Part shown: positions 1-8,733 of the stretch, one piece after another
Position numbering within the stretch: position 1 is the first letter of the stretch
Layout of the letters: every line of letters begins with the position of its first letter
Assembly (NCBI GenBank): GCA_041694815.1
Contig: JBGFSC010000003.1
Span: 1 to 37,728, forward strand
DNA: 37,728 bases
Direction: 5' to 3'
Origin: Elusimicrobiota bacterium
GTDB lineage: Bacteria > Elusimicrobiota > Elusimicrobia > UBA1565 > JACRDR01
The notes under the pieces: generated by a model
Database searches by the model: none
Told to the model about the DNA's origin: nothing
What the model saw: the letters and a program-made list of their open reading frames with translations, nothing else
Translations under genes and position numbers: made by a program

Positions 1-258
1 ACCGGGCAGCGTTGACGCTAATATCGCTAATTTCCCTCCCGTGCTTTTAGATCACTATCCCTTCGACTTTAGCCTGCTTCAGCGTTCGTTAGCTGGTAAC
101 GATGTGCCCGACGTCCTCAGGCCACAGCCGTATATAAAAAAGCCATTTATTTACGACAAATCCTTCATGACGGGGTGGTATCTTATTCTTGAAGGCCTTG
201 GACCCGGCAATGGCGTTGACGGGGCCGATCGCAGTCGCGGTCGGTCCCGTCTGCCATC

Positions 259-372
259 GGTGCCAGGCATCCACTTTCTCCACTTTGTTGAAATTCTCGA
301 GAAAGTTAAGAAAGTGGAGAAAGTGGATGCCTGGCACCAAAATGAGAAAGTGGATGCCTGGCACCAAAATGA
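259..372. repeat. Perfect 28-bp inverted repeat plus 27-bp tandem duplication (REP-like element)
   Basis: GGTGCCAGGCATCCACTTTCTCCACTTT (259-286) is the exact reverse complement of 311-338, with a 24-nt loop. GAGAAAGTGGATGCCTGGCACCAAAAT occurs in tandem at 317-343 and 344-370. Confidence 0.9.
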
Positions 373-378
373 TAAAAT
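370..378 (+). promoter_or_regulatory. Extended -10 promoter for tRNA-Leu
   Basis: TGATAAAAT (TGn + TAAAAT) ends 8 nt before the tRNA 5' end. Confidence 0.5.
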
Positions 379-386
379 GGTCTGAC

Positions 387-470
387 GCCGGCGTGGCGGA
401 ACTGGCAGACGCGCGAGACTCAAAATCTCGTGTCCTTAGGGACGTGTGGGTTCGATTCCCTCCGCCGGCA
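387..470 (+). tRNA. tRNA-Leu (anticodon CAA), CCA not encoded
   Basis: Acceptor stem GCCGGCG/CGCCGGC, D-loop GG, anticodon arm CGAGA-CTCAAAA-TCTCG, long variable arm, GGTTCGATTCC T-arm, discriminator A. Confidence 0.97.
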
Positions 471-496
471 AACCCTTCTCCTTCCGCTTCTACCCC

Positions 497-525
497 TTGA
501 CAAGCGGAATTTCGGACCTTATTCT
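497..525 (+). promoter_or_regulatory. sigma70-type promoter
   Basis: TTGACA (497-502), 17-nt spacer, TATTCT (520-525), upstream of the ATG at 544. Confidence 0.7.
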
Positions 526-543
526 AGAGGTCGGAACGTGTTC

Positions 544-1326
544 ATGAAAGCCACCAAAATTCTCACCCTGTCGTTTCTCGGCCTGATTGCCTGCGTGACA
601 GCGCGTGCCAATGAGCCTAGATTTCGTCTCATCGATATGTCGAGAAGTTCCGGCCTGAGCTGCCGATGCCAGGACGCCAACGGTTCGACCGGATATAACG
701 AGGTTGGGTTGGAAGTGGCGCTGCGCGTGAGCGGTGAATGCGCTAATTTGGAAGGTATCAATCTCGAGGGACAAAGCCTTCGAGGGGTCGATCTGCGGGG
801 TGCGAATTTAAAGAACGCGAATTTAAGGGCGGCCGATTTGCAGCGGGCGCAGCTTTCCTGCGCCGTGCTCGAAGGCGCCGATCTTCGCCGGGCGGATCTA
901 AGGGAAGCCGACTTGGCCGGCGCCTCGCTTCAAAAATCGGCGATGTTCGGCCGCAGCGCCGATCTTCGGGAAGCGAGACTGCAAGGGGCGGACTTAACCT
1001 ACGCGACCTTGCATGACGCGCAGTTGCAGCACGCCGACCTTCGCAACGCTTCGCTCTACGGGGTTCAAATGCATAAGGCCTCCCTATCGGATGCCCGTTT
1101 GAATAACGCGAATCTCGGCGGGGCTGATCTGCGCGGATCGAGCCTGAGTCGGGCGAATCTCGAAGGAGCCAATATCTCCGGCGCCGACCTTAACTGGACC
1201 TTCATGGATGGGATAAAACTTAAAGGCGCCATTCATAACGAGGGCGCCAAGGGCGGAACCGTATTCCCTTTCTATTTTAAGCTGGACCTGCGCAATAACG
1301 TGGATATGACGCCGCTTGGCCGTTAA
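544..1326 (+). CDS. Secreted pentapeptide-repeat protein
   Basis: Signal peptide MKATKILTLSFLGLIACVTARA, then a long run of A(D/N)LXX repeats. Start moved from 430 (inside the tRNA) to ATG 544. Confidence 0.9.
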   Translation: MKATKILTLSFLGLIACVTARANEPRFRLIDMSRSSGLSCRCQDANGSTGYNEVGLEVALRVSGECANLEGINLEGQSLRGVDLRGANLKNANLRAADLQRAQLSCAVLEGADLRRADLREADLAGASLQKSAMFGRSADLREARLQGADLTYATLHDAQLQHADLRNASLYGVQMHKASLSDARLNNANLGGADLRGSSLSRANLEGANISGADLNWTFMDGIKLKGAIHNEGAKGGTVFPFYFKLDLRNNVDMTPLGR

Positions 1327-1344
1327 TCCAGAATTCCCGTTTTT

Positions 1345-2241
1345 CTACTGAGCAGGCTGCGAAGGCGAAGGGGGCTTGGGCAGTCCAACCCGGGCGGTCT
1401 GCCCCTTCTTCTGGAAATCCTGCAGGGAAATTTGCCCACGGCGAGAGAACTCCCATTCCACGAAATATTTCTTCCCCTGCGCGGGGAGCTCCTTCAGGAA
1501 AAGCCAGGCCGGAAAGGGAATGTCGTAGGTCTCGGAGGCGGGCCAGAGCAGCTCCTGCTCCATCACCGTGGAATCGATCCTATTCTCGATATCCCGCTTG
1601 AGCCGGAGCTTGATCGCCGTGATCTCCCCCTTGTAGGGAGTCGCCCATTTGTCTTTGAGCACGAACCTAAGGCCGCCGATCGAGGCGTCGGGAGCAAAAG
1701 ATTCCACGTAGATGCCCGAGGCATCCGGAGCCGTGGCGATCTTGCGGAGGATGGGCAGTTCGAAGATGAAGGAGCCCTTGGAGCCGCGCAGGCGGGGCCG
1801 GCCGTACTCATGGCTGGCCGCAAGAACCCGCAGGCTCAGGTCGGTTGACTGGAGGCAGACGCTGAACACGTCCTTTTCCCACGGCTGCGGTTTGCGCGGG
1901 CCCTTGAATTCCACGATGACGTTGCGCGTTTCGGTGCGCAGCAGCTCGTCCTCGCAAACGTTCTGACCTTCCACCTTGCGGCAGACCTGCCTATACAAGG
2001 GGCTCGACAAGGTCACCGGCTGGGAGGCCTTGCCGTCGGTCGGGGCGAAGTGCACGACGGCGCAGTCGCGCATGGCCTTCACCGCGCTCGCGCTGGCGAT
2101 GGGGGCGTCGGGCACGGCGCTGGCGCGGATCTCGCCGGAGTCCGGCAGAGGCACTCCCTGGTCAAAGGGAAGATCGGCCGGCTCTGAACTCCACGCGGAT
2201 GGGCCGAGCAGCAACGCGGCCAGGATAAAGGTCGCTTTCAT
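1345..2241 (-). CDS. Secreted hypothetical protein
   Basis: 298-aa ORF, signal peptide MKATFILAALLLGPSAWS, AGGAGG Shine-Dalgarno at 2248-2253, TGcTATAGT -10 at 2274-2282. Confidence 0.8.
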   Translation of the reverse strand: MKATFILAALLLGPSAWSSEPADLPFDQGVPLPDSGEIRASAVPDAPIASASAVKAMRDCAVVHFAPTDGKASQPVTLSSPLYRQVCRKVEGQNVCEDELLRTETRNVIVEFKGPRKPQPWEKDVFSVCLQSTDLSLRVLAASHEYGRPRLRGSKGSFIFELPILRKIATAPDASGIYVESFAPDASIGGLRFVLKDKWATPYKGEITAIKLRLKRDIENRIDSTVMEQELLWPASETYDIPFPAWLFLKELPAQGKKYFVEWEFSRRGQISLQDFQKKGQTARVGLPKPPSPSQPAQ

Positions 2242-2316
2242 GACGCACCTCCTTGCGAAAGATCGAGGGGCCTACTATAGCATACGGGCATCCCGCGTTT
2301 CTATAATGAAAGGTCC

Positions 2317-3639
2317 ATGCACCGTTTTAGGCTCGCTTCGCTCGCGGTACTCTTACTGGCGGTTCCAGCGCGTCCCGAGCCTTTTGGCTACGGCCGGCAT
2401 TTTCCGAACGGCGAGGCGGCCGTGGCGTATCTCTATGGCTCCGAGGGCACCTGGCGGGCGGTTCCCCCTGGTGGGCTCGAGCATCGCTTCGAATATTACG
2501 AGCATTTCGCCAGCTCCGGGTATCCCGCCGACGCGGCGGCGCTCATCGCCTACGCGGACGGCTCCCGTTTGACGACGGCCAGGGACGCCAACGGATATCT
2601 TCTCCGCGCGCCCGGCGGCTACGCCTTTCACGAGCACAACGGGCGGGGCGTCGGCGGCGGGGTCCGGGAGAAGCCGTTCACGCAGTTCTGGTTCGACGAT
2701 AATTGGCTGGCCCGCATCATGGCCCAGGCGTACGCCCGGCCGGAACCCTCGGGGCTATACGAACCCGAGGGTCCGGTGCGCTGGAAGATACTCCGGGGCG
2801 ACGCCAGCTCCGGCCCGCCATCGGGGGGCGAGGCCTTCGACCTGCTCGCCCTCGACGGGCTTTTTTTGCTGAGCGCCCGGGACTTCGCCGGCGCCTTGGA
2901 GAAATGGCAGGCCCTTTTGGCCAAGAGCGAATATTTCTACGATGAGGAAAATCAGCGCTACGCCTACCCGGCCGTTTCCGAAAGCTACCATTTGGGATTA
3001 TGGAAAATCTTGACCGAGAACTTGATCGAGTTCGGCGAGGCGCTGCCCGAGGAGACCGAGGCGGCATTGCTCCAGCACGCGCTGTCCTTGCGTTCGCAGA
3101 TATTGTCACTCCAGGAAAACGCGGGTTCCGAGAAATATGGTTGGCGTACCGGGATCCATGATCCCGGGACCCTGATCAACACGGAATCGACCGCCGTCAA
3201 CGCCTTGGCCCTCGGGGCCAACGCCTTGGAGGTTTTCGAGGCCGATTCTCCGCCGCTGCGCCAGGGCAAGGGCTTCTTCGCCCGTCCCCACCATGTCCTC
3301 TCCGCCGTTAAGGACCTTTCCCCGAGGGGCCTGATGCTTTACGGTCCGGGATGGGAGCGCCCTCCGGGCCAATACCGGATCGATTTTCTACTGCGTTCGA
3401 GCGCCCCCCAGGGGAGGATTGCCCGGCTGGAGGCCTACGATCCCGCCGAACGCAAGGTGCTGGCAACCAAGACCCTATCGGCACGGCACTTGAAGCAGGA
3501 CAATCGCTGGAGCCGCGTCACGCTCGCCGTATCCCTGCGCTCGCGCAAGGGGCTGGAATTCCGCGTGCATTGGCTCGGCGGCTCGAACCTCGACGTCGCC
3601 TGCGTGCGCGTCCGGGGCGTTCCCTCGACGAGACATTAA
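2317..3639 (+). CDS. Secreted hypothetical protein, possible C-terminal beta-sandwich (carbohydrate-binding-like) domain
   Basis: 440-aa ORF with signal peptide; TATAAT at 2302-2307; the C-terminal LYGP...PGQYRIDFLL...LEFRV pattern suggests a beta-sandwich. Confidence 0.75.
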   Translation: MHRFRLASLAVLLLAVPARPEPFGYGRHFPNGEAAVAYLYGSEGTWRAVPPGGLEHRFEYYEHFASSGYPADAAALIAYADGSRLTTARDANGYLLRAPGGYAFHEHNGRGVGGGVREKPFTQFWFDDNWLARIMAQAYARPEPSGLYEPEGPVRWKILRGDASSGPPSGGEAFDLLALDGLFLLSARDFAGALEKWQALLAKSEYFYDEENQRYAYPAVSESYHLGLWKILTENLIEFGEALPEETEAALLQHALSLRSQILSLQENAGSEKYGWRTGIHDPGTLINTESTAVNALALGANALEVFEADSPPLRQGKGFFARPHHVLSAVKDLSPRGLMLYGPGWERPPGQYRIDFLLRSSAPQGRIARLEAYDPAERKVLATKTLSARHLKQDNRWSRVTLAVSLRSRKGLEFRVHWLGGSNLDVACVRVRGVPSTRH

Positions 3640-3652
3640 CAATTTTGTAACA
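3636..3652 (+). promoter_or_regulatory. Possible OmpR/PhoB-family direct-repeat box
   Basis: TTAACA-ATTTT-GTAACA (11-bp period) upstream of the sigma gene. Confidence 0.3.
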
Positions 3653-3730
3653 GCCTCGCGCTTTAATAGATAGCGGAGCTTTTCGGGAAACCCAAATCCC
3701 TGCTGCCGTTCGAAGCTCCAGGAGACATTC

Positions 3731-5113
3731 ATGAAATCAGACGTGTCCATGGATCCCATCGCCGTTACCGAGGAAAGCCCCCGCGAATACGCGGGACACA
3801 ACGATCCCACCAATTCCATCTCCGCGTATATGGCGGAGATCGGCAAGGTTCCCCTGCTCAAGCGGGAAGAGGAAATCGCCCTTTCCCGCAGCGTGCGCGA
3901 GAAGGCCCTCCGTCTCCGGGAGCTCGTGCTCCAATCCCCCCTGACCGCCCGCGAGATCCAGAATTGGGAAAGCCTTCTGGAGATCGACGAAATGACGCCC
4001 AAGGAGCTCATGCCCCGGGGGCGGAGGACGAGCTGGGAGCTGGGAGGCATGCGGCGGCGGATGAAGGCCGCGGCCCGCTTCATCGCGAAGGCCGAGCGCG
4101 AGACCCTCGCGCTCAAGAAGCGCCTTAAGACCGCGCGCTTTCCCATGCGCGTGGAGGAGGCGATCCGGCGCCGGCAAAAGGAAGTGCTGGCCCGCATCGT
4201 GAGGCTCGAGCTCAACCAGGACAAGGTCCAGCGGCTCACCAACAAGATCAAGGGCCTCGCCAACGCGCTGCGCCAGGTCCGCGTCTCGGGCGATCAAAAA
4301 CGCCTCTCCCGCCTGGCCCAGTCGCTGCCTGTGACGCCCGGCGAGCTTCTCGAACTCGACGAGCGCATTCGGGCGCTGGAGGAAAGCCTGCTCCAGGACA
4401 AGCTCAAGCTCATCCGGGCGAACCTGCGCCTGGTCGTGTCCATCGCCAAGAAGCACGCCGGGCGGAACATGGAGCTATCCGACCTGATCCAAGAAGGCGG
4501 CCTCGGGCTCATGCGCGTCGCCGACAAGTTCGATTTCGGCCGGGGCTGCAAGTTCTCGACGTACGCCTCCTGGTGGATCCGCCAGTCCATCTCGCGCGCC
4601 ATCGCCGATCAGGAGCGCACGATCCGGATTCCCGTGCACATCCGCGAGCGCATCGCCAAGATCCGCAAGGTGGCGCGCCGCTACGAGGGCGAGCATGGCC
4701 GTCCACCCTCGATCGAGGAATACGCGCGGCGCCTGCGCCTGCCGGCGGCCAAGATCCGAAAGGCCCTCGAGACGATGCAGGAGCCCGTGTCGCTGGCGGT
4801 CAACGGGGGCGCCGACGAGGAGGACAACCAGCTCGAGCATTACCTCGAGGACAAGCAGTCCCCCGTCCCTTCCGACTCGGTCAACGTGCTCCTGCGCCGC
4901 GCGGAGCTGGGCAAGATGCTATCTACGCTCAGCGAGCGGGAGGCCGAGGTGCTCAAGCTGCGCTTCGGCATCGAGACGGACCGCCCCCATACGCTCGAGG
5001 AATTGGGTCGGCTCTACAACATCACCCGCGAGCGGGTGCGGCAGATCGAATCCAAGGCGATCGGGAAGCTGCGTTCCTCGCCGGAGAATGGGTCGTTGAA
5101 GGATTACTTGTAA
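3731..5113 (+). CDS. RpoD-like sigma70 factor lacking region 1.1
   Basis: Region 1.2 ([16 protein letters not shown]), region 2 ([32 protein letters not shown]), region 4 (TLEELG...TRERVRQIE); AGGAG Shine-Dalgarno. Confidence 0.93.
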   Translation: MKSDVSMDPIAVTEESPREYAGHNDPTNSISAYMAEIGKVPLLKREEEIALSRSVREKALRLRELVLQSPLTAREIQNWESLLEIDEMTPKELMPRGRRTSWELGGMRRRMKAAARFIAKAERETLALKKRLKTARFPMRVEEAIRRRQKEVLARIVRLELNQDKVQRLTNKIKGLANALRQVRVSGDQKRLSRLAQSLPVTPGELLELDERIRALEESLLQDKLKLIRANLRLVVSIAKKHAGRNMELSDLIQEGGLGLMRVADKFDFGRGCKFSTYASWWIRQSISRAIADQERTIRIPVHIRERIAKIRKVARRYEGEHGRPPSIEEYARRLRLPAAKIRKALETMQEPVSLAVNGGADEEDNQLEHYLEDKQSPVPSDSVNVLLRRAELGKMLSTLSEREAEVLKLRFGIETDRPHTLEELGRLYNITRERVRQIESKAIGKLRSSPENGSLKDYL

Positions 5114-5123
5114 AACGGCAGCT

Positions 5124-5240
5124 TTTACGCGCTCCTGTAGCGTTGCTTGGCGCCTGCGGCGCCAAGCTCGGAATACTCGCGAGAAACCTCGAGCTTCGTC
5201 GCGCGAAGCGCGACGAAGTCACGCGCCCGAGGCGCGTAAA
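5124..5240. repeat. Multi-hairpin intergenic element with 9-bp terminal inverted repeats
   Basis: TTTACGCGC (5124-5132) pairs with GCGCGTAAA (5232-5240). Perfect hairpins at 5145-5167 (10 bp), 5194-5218 (11 bp) and 5221-5237 (7 bp), all with 3-nt loops. Confidence 0.75.
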
Positions 5241-5261
5241 CATCCATTCCCAAGCTAGACG

Positions 5262-5615
5262 TTACTCAAGCACCAACAGCTGCCCCCCCAAATGCGCCGG
5301 GTGCATGTGGCAGTAGCTCCTGAAGAGCCCGGCCTTGTTGGCGGTGAACTCGACGACTTTCTGGTTGTCCTTTTCGGCGTTGTTGACCGCGACCTTGACG
5401 GAAAACTCGTCGATGGCGAAGCCGTGCACCCCGGAAGGGGCGTTGTTGATGAGGGTCAGCTTGACCCGCTCTCCCTTCTTGGCGATGATCGTCGCCGGGA
5501 CCCAGATCTTCGTGCCGCGGAATTCGATGTTGACTATCTTGATCTCGCGCGTAGCGGCGCCGGCCGCCTGTGGCAGCAGCGCGAGCGCCAGCAGCATCCA
5601 TAGGCTCTTTTTCAT
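5262..5615 (-). CDS. Periplasmic cupredoxin, nitrosocyanin-like
   Basis: Signal peptide; cupredoxin motifs KKGERVKLTL, HGFAID, FTANKAGLF, YCHMHPAH; GGGAGG Shine-Dalgarno before ATG 5615. Confidence 0.85.
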   Translation of the reverse strand: MKKSLWMLLALALLPQAAGAATREIKIVNIEFRGTKIWVPATIIAKKGERVKLTLINNAPSGVHGFAIDEFSVKVAVNNAEKDNQKVVEFTANKAGLFRSYCHMHPAHLGGQLLVLE

Positions 5616-5666
5616 GAGGCCTCCCGTTGAAATGAGTGCGGCGCATTTTAGTATATTGGGGGCGCC

Positions 5667-5972
5667 GTGGCTCGATGGGAAAAGATTTGCCCTTTGGGCG
5701 AGGTGCCCCCCGGCGGGCGCAAGCTGCTGCAACAGGGCCTCTGGGATGTCCTGATCGTCAACGCCGGCGGACGCGTCTTCGCCGTTTCCGCCGAATGCCC
5801 CCATCTCGGCGTGAGCCTGCATGACGGAGAGGTGACGGGGAGCATCCTCCGCTGCAACGGGCACGGCTATAAGCTGGATTTGTCCAACGGGCGCTGCTTG
5901 AGCGAGGCGGGCCTCTCCCTCGCGACGTTCCCGACCGAGATCCGCGAGGGGTGGATCTGGATCGAGATTTAA
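5667..5972 (+). CDS. Rieske [2Fe-2S] ferredoxin
   Basis: CPH...CNGH Rieske ligand boxes in a 101-aa protein. Confidence 0.92.
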   Translation: MARWEKICPLGEVPPGGRKLLQQGLWDVLIVNAGGRVFAVSAECPHLGVSLHDGEVTGSILRCNGHGYKLDLSNGRCLSEAGLSLATFPTEIREGWIWIEI

Positions 5973-6223
5973 GCGCCCGTCTTGCCGACAGGAACTCGCA
6001 GCACGCGCTTGTTGCCGCGGGGAACCTGGAGCGTCCAAGCACCCCCGACATACACGGGGATTACGGGCACGTTTCCTTTGGCCAATCGCTTCCCCCAGGA
6101 TTTGAGGAGGGAGGAGGCCGGCAATGTGGGATCAGTTTTACGGTCCATAAAGAGTCCTGCGTTGAGCATAACCCCCGCCGTCAAAATCCGCCTGAGTCTT
6201 TCGGGCAATTCGAGCGCCCTCAA
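5969..6223 (-). CDS. Small hypothetical protein
   Basis: 84-aa ORF filling the gap downstream of the flippase; TTG start; no recognisable motif. Confidence 0.35.
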   Translation of the reverse strand: MRALELPERLRRILTAGVMLNAGLFMDRKTDPTLPASSLLKSWGKRLAKGNVPVIPVYVGGAWTLQVPRGNKRVLRVPVGKTGA

Positions 6224-6243
6224 GGCCTAGCAAAAAATTGGGA

Positions 6244-7716
6244 CTAAGGGCCCGGCTTGTTGAAGAGCCTCCGTCGGAGGGCGTCGCGCTCCTCCGGAGT
6301 GAAGAATCGCGTCGCCGCCAGCAGAGCACAGAAAACGACGATCCCGGCGGCGCGCACGCCGAGCCACATAGGCCCGGATAGGCGGCCGCCCAGCGTCCAG
6401 AGCGTCAGTGCGACCGCGAGAAAGACCCCCGTCGCATGCAGCAGGCGGCGGTATTCGTAGGGCACCGGATAGAACCGTCGGCCCAACTCGAAGAGGAGCC
6501 CTGCCATCGCGGCATAGGCGGCCAGGGTCGCCGCGGCCGCGCCCATGATTCCGAAAGCCGGAATCAACATGAAGTTGAGGCCGACGTTGACCAGCGCGCC
6601 GAGCCCCGTCGCGTAGAGGAGCAGCTCGCTCCGCTTGGAGATCATCACCTGCGCCATGAAGTTGATGTAGAGTCCGTTGAAAAAGTAGGCGGCTAGCACC
6701 ACGGGGACGATCGCGAGTCCGGGCCAATAGGCGGCCCCGATGATCGGCCGCCCCAGGACGGTCAAGCGCGCCAGATCCCCGATGAATAGGCTCAGGACAA
6801 GCAGCAGAAGCAGGCCCGCGAGGGTGAAATAGGTCAATACGCGCGCAAACAGGCGCGGCGCCTCGGGCCGGGCGGCGCGTTCCAGGAAGAAGGGCCTCCA
6901 AGCGGCGTCGAACATGTTGACGGCCAGGGCCATGAAGATGCCGAGCCGATAATTGGCCTGGTAGATTCCCACCGTCGCCTCATCCGTCAAACGTAGAAGG
7001 ATCGGCCGGTCGATAACCTGCACGGCCATGGAGGCGAGTCCGGCGGGCACGTAGGGCCAGGAGAAGGCGAGCATGCGGCGCGCCAGCGCCGCCGTCGCGT
7101 GGGCGCGGAATTGGGAGGCGAGCACGGGAGAAAGCAGCAGCAGCGCCGCCGCCGAGGCCAGGGCGGAGGCCCAAAACACCCCGGCGACTCCCCAGCGCCA
7201 TTTCCAAAGTAAGAGAATATTTAGCGCGAGGTTGACGGCAATATGGGCCGTCTTGACGCCCACGTAGTACCAGGCTCGGTGAGACAGCCGCAGATGCGCG
7301 AAGGGGACGACGGCCAGAGCGTCGAGGGAGAGAATGGCCGCCCAGACGCGTACGAGCCCGCCCACCTCGCCGAGCCCCAGGGCGCGGGCGATGGGATCGG
7401 AAAGGGCCCAAAGGGCGCAGGAGCCCAATGCCGAGCTGCCGGCCAAAAGCAGCAGCGGGGTCGAGAACATGTCCTTAGGGTCGTCTGCTGCCTCGGGAGA
7501 AGAGGCGAAGCGTAGGTAGGCCTGGTCCATGCCGTATTGGTAAAGGATATTCAGAAAGGCGATATAGGCGAAGCCCGTCGCCACGATTCCGTATTCTTGG
7601 GGGGCCAGCAGATGCGTGTAGAGCGGGACGAGGAGGAAGTTAAGGATCCGGCTGAGCACGGTGGAAACGCCGTAGACCGCCGTCTCGCGGCCGAGCCTTC
7701 CGATCTCGCCGAGCAT
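6244..7716 (-). CDS. Oligosaccharide flippase (Wzx/MOP superfamily)
   Basis: Multiple TM helices; typical N-terminus (ETAVYG...FLLVPLYTHLL.P.EYG) and IDR...VGIY motif; likely start ATG 7716. Confidence 0.9.
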   Translation of the reverse strand: MLGEIGRLGRETAVYGVSTVLSRILNFLLVPLYTHLLAPQEYGIVATGFAYIAFLNILYQYGMDQAYLRFASSPEAADDPKDMFSTPLLLLAGSSALGSCALWALSDPIARALGLGEVGGLVRVWAAILSLDALAVVPFAHLRLSHRAWYYVGVKTAHIAVNLALNILLLWKWRWGVAGVFWASALASAAALLLLSPVLASQFRAHATAALARRMLAFSWPYVPAGLASMAVQVIDRPILLRLTDEATVGIYQANYRLGIFMALAVNMFDAAWRPFFLERAARPEAPRLFARVLTYFTLAGLLLLLVLSLFIGDLARLTVLGRPIIGAAYWPGLAIVPVVLAAYFFNGLYINFMAQVMISKRSELLLYATGLGALVNVGLNFMLIPAFGIMGAAAATLAAYAAMAGLLFELGRRFYPVPYEYRRLLHATGVFLAVALTLWTLGGRLSGPMWLGVRAAGIVVFCALLAATRFFTPEERDALRRRLFNKPGP

Positions 7717-7743
7717 CGCTGCTTTATAGCAAATCGCCACACA

Positions 7744-7772
7744 TTGACAAATCTAGACGGCGCTGTTATCTT
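7744..7772 (+). promoter_or_regulatory. sigma70 promoter, probably leaderless
   Basis: TTGACA (7744-7749), N17, TATCTT (7767-7772) with upstream TG, then 7 nt to ATG 7780. Confidence 0.75.
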
Positions 7773-7779
7773 TATATAG

Positions 7780-8733
7780 ATGTCCGACGACGCCTTATCG
7801 CCCGCCCTGAATACCCCCATCGGCCTGTCCTCCCCATGGTGGCGTTTTTTCCCCGCGGAGGACGCGGAGCGAAGCGAGCTGCTGCGGCTTTCGGCCCCCT
7901 ACCGCACCTCCGTGCAATTGCGCCGCTTGTCCAACGCCCCCCGGCAGACAGGAGAGCCATTCGAATTCGCCGTCCTGGGCGACGTGGAGCCGGGCCGCTT
8001 TTGGATCTGGCGCAAACTTTTCGGGGTGCCGGGCGTCTTCGAGCGCCAGCTGCGGCTGCTGCAATCCCACTCCATCGATTTTTCCATCCAATTGGGCGAT
8101 ATGGTGAGCCGCGGGATAGTAAAGAATTACCTGCGCTTCTTCCGGCAACTCGAAGGCGTCGGCGTCGAAAAGCCTTATTTGACGGTGATCGGCAATCATG
8201 ACCGGCACAACCCGCATCACCGCTCGAACGCTCACCTCTATACGACCGCTTTCGGGAAGACCAATTATTCCTTTGAGCGCGGGGGCCTGCGCTTCGTCGT
8301 TCTCGACACCAGCGCGCACGGCCTGACCCGCAGGCAATTGGCCTGGCTCGACCATGTGCTCGATACCCCATTGAGCACGATCGTATTCACTCATATTCCC
8401 CCGGCCTGCCTGCGCCGTTGGACCGATTTCGGACGCTCCAAGGGGATCGGGGGGTTCAAGCGCGGCGCCGTCGAGTTCGCGGAGATCGTCTCGCGCCGCA
8501 AGGTTTCGCGCGTCTATCTGGGCCATATCCACGCCTTCGGGGTGCAGGATTACATGGGAGTGCGTTACGTGCTCACCGGAGGCGGCGGCTCGCCCCTGTT
8601 CCCTTCCGCCGTGGAGGACCGCTTCCACCATTACATCGTCGTCAAGGTCGCGCCGGGAGGGCTCAAGGAGCGGGTGCACGGGCTCGACGGCCGCGATTTC
8701 GAGATACCCGAAGGGCGGGTCCTCATACACTAG
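7780..8733 (+). CDS. Metallophosphoesterase (calcineurin-like)
   Basis: Motifs LGD, LGDMV, GNHD, THIP, GHIH, TGGGG. Confidence 0.92.
   Translation: MSDDALSPALNTPIGLSSPWWRFFPAEDAERSELLRLSAPYRTSVQLRRLSNAPRQTGEPFEFAVLGDVEPGRFWIWRKLFGVPGVFERQLRLLQSHSIDFSIQLGDMVSRGIVKNYLRFFRQLEGVGVEKPYLTVIGNHDRHNPHHRSNAHLYTTAFGKTNYSFERGGLRFVVLDTSAHGLTRRQLAWLDHVLDTPLSTIVFTHIPPACLRRWTDFGRSKGIGGFKRGAVEFAEIVSRRKVSRVYLGHIHAFGVQDYMGVRYVLTGGGGSPLFPSAVEDRFHHYIVVKVAPGGLKERVHGLDGRDFEIPEGRVLIH

Noticed and set aside
259..372. CRISPR array interpretation of the repeats
   Set aside because: Only two direct copies with no spacer between them, one inverted copy, and no cas genes.
2..385. Open frame at the left edge (listed ORF 41-385) and overlapping short ORFs
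   Set aside because: No recognisable motif, and the 3' part merely translates the DNA repeat (EKVDAWHQN twice); coding status cannot be judged without upstream sequence.
5262..5615. Inferring ammonia oxidation from the nitrosocyanin-like gene
   Set aside because: The ligand set differs from nitrosocyanin and no amo, hao or nir genes are in the window.
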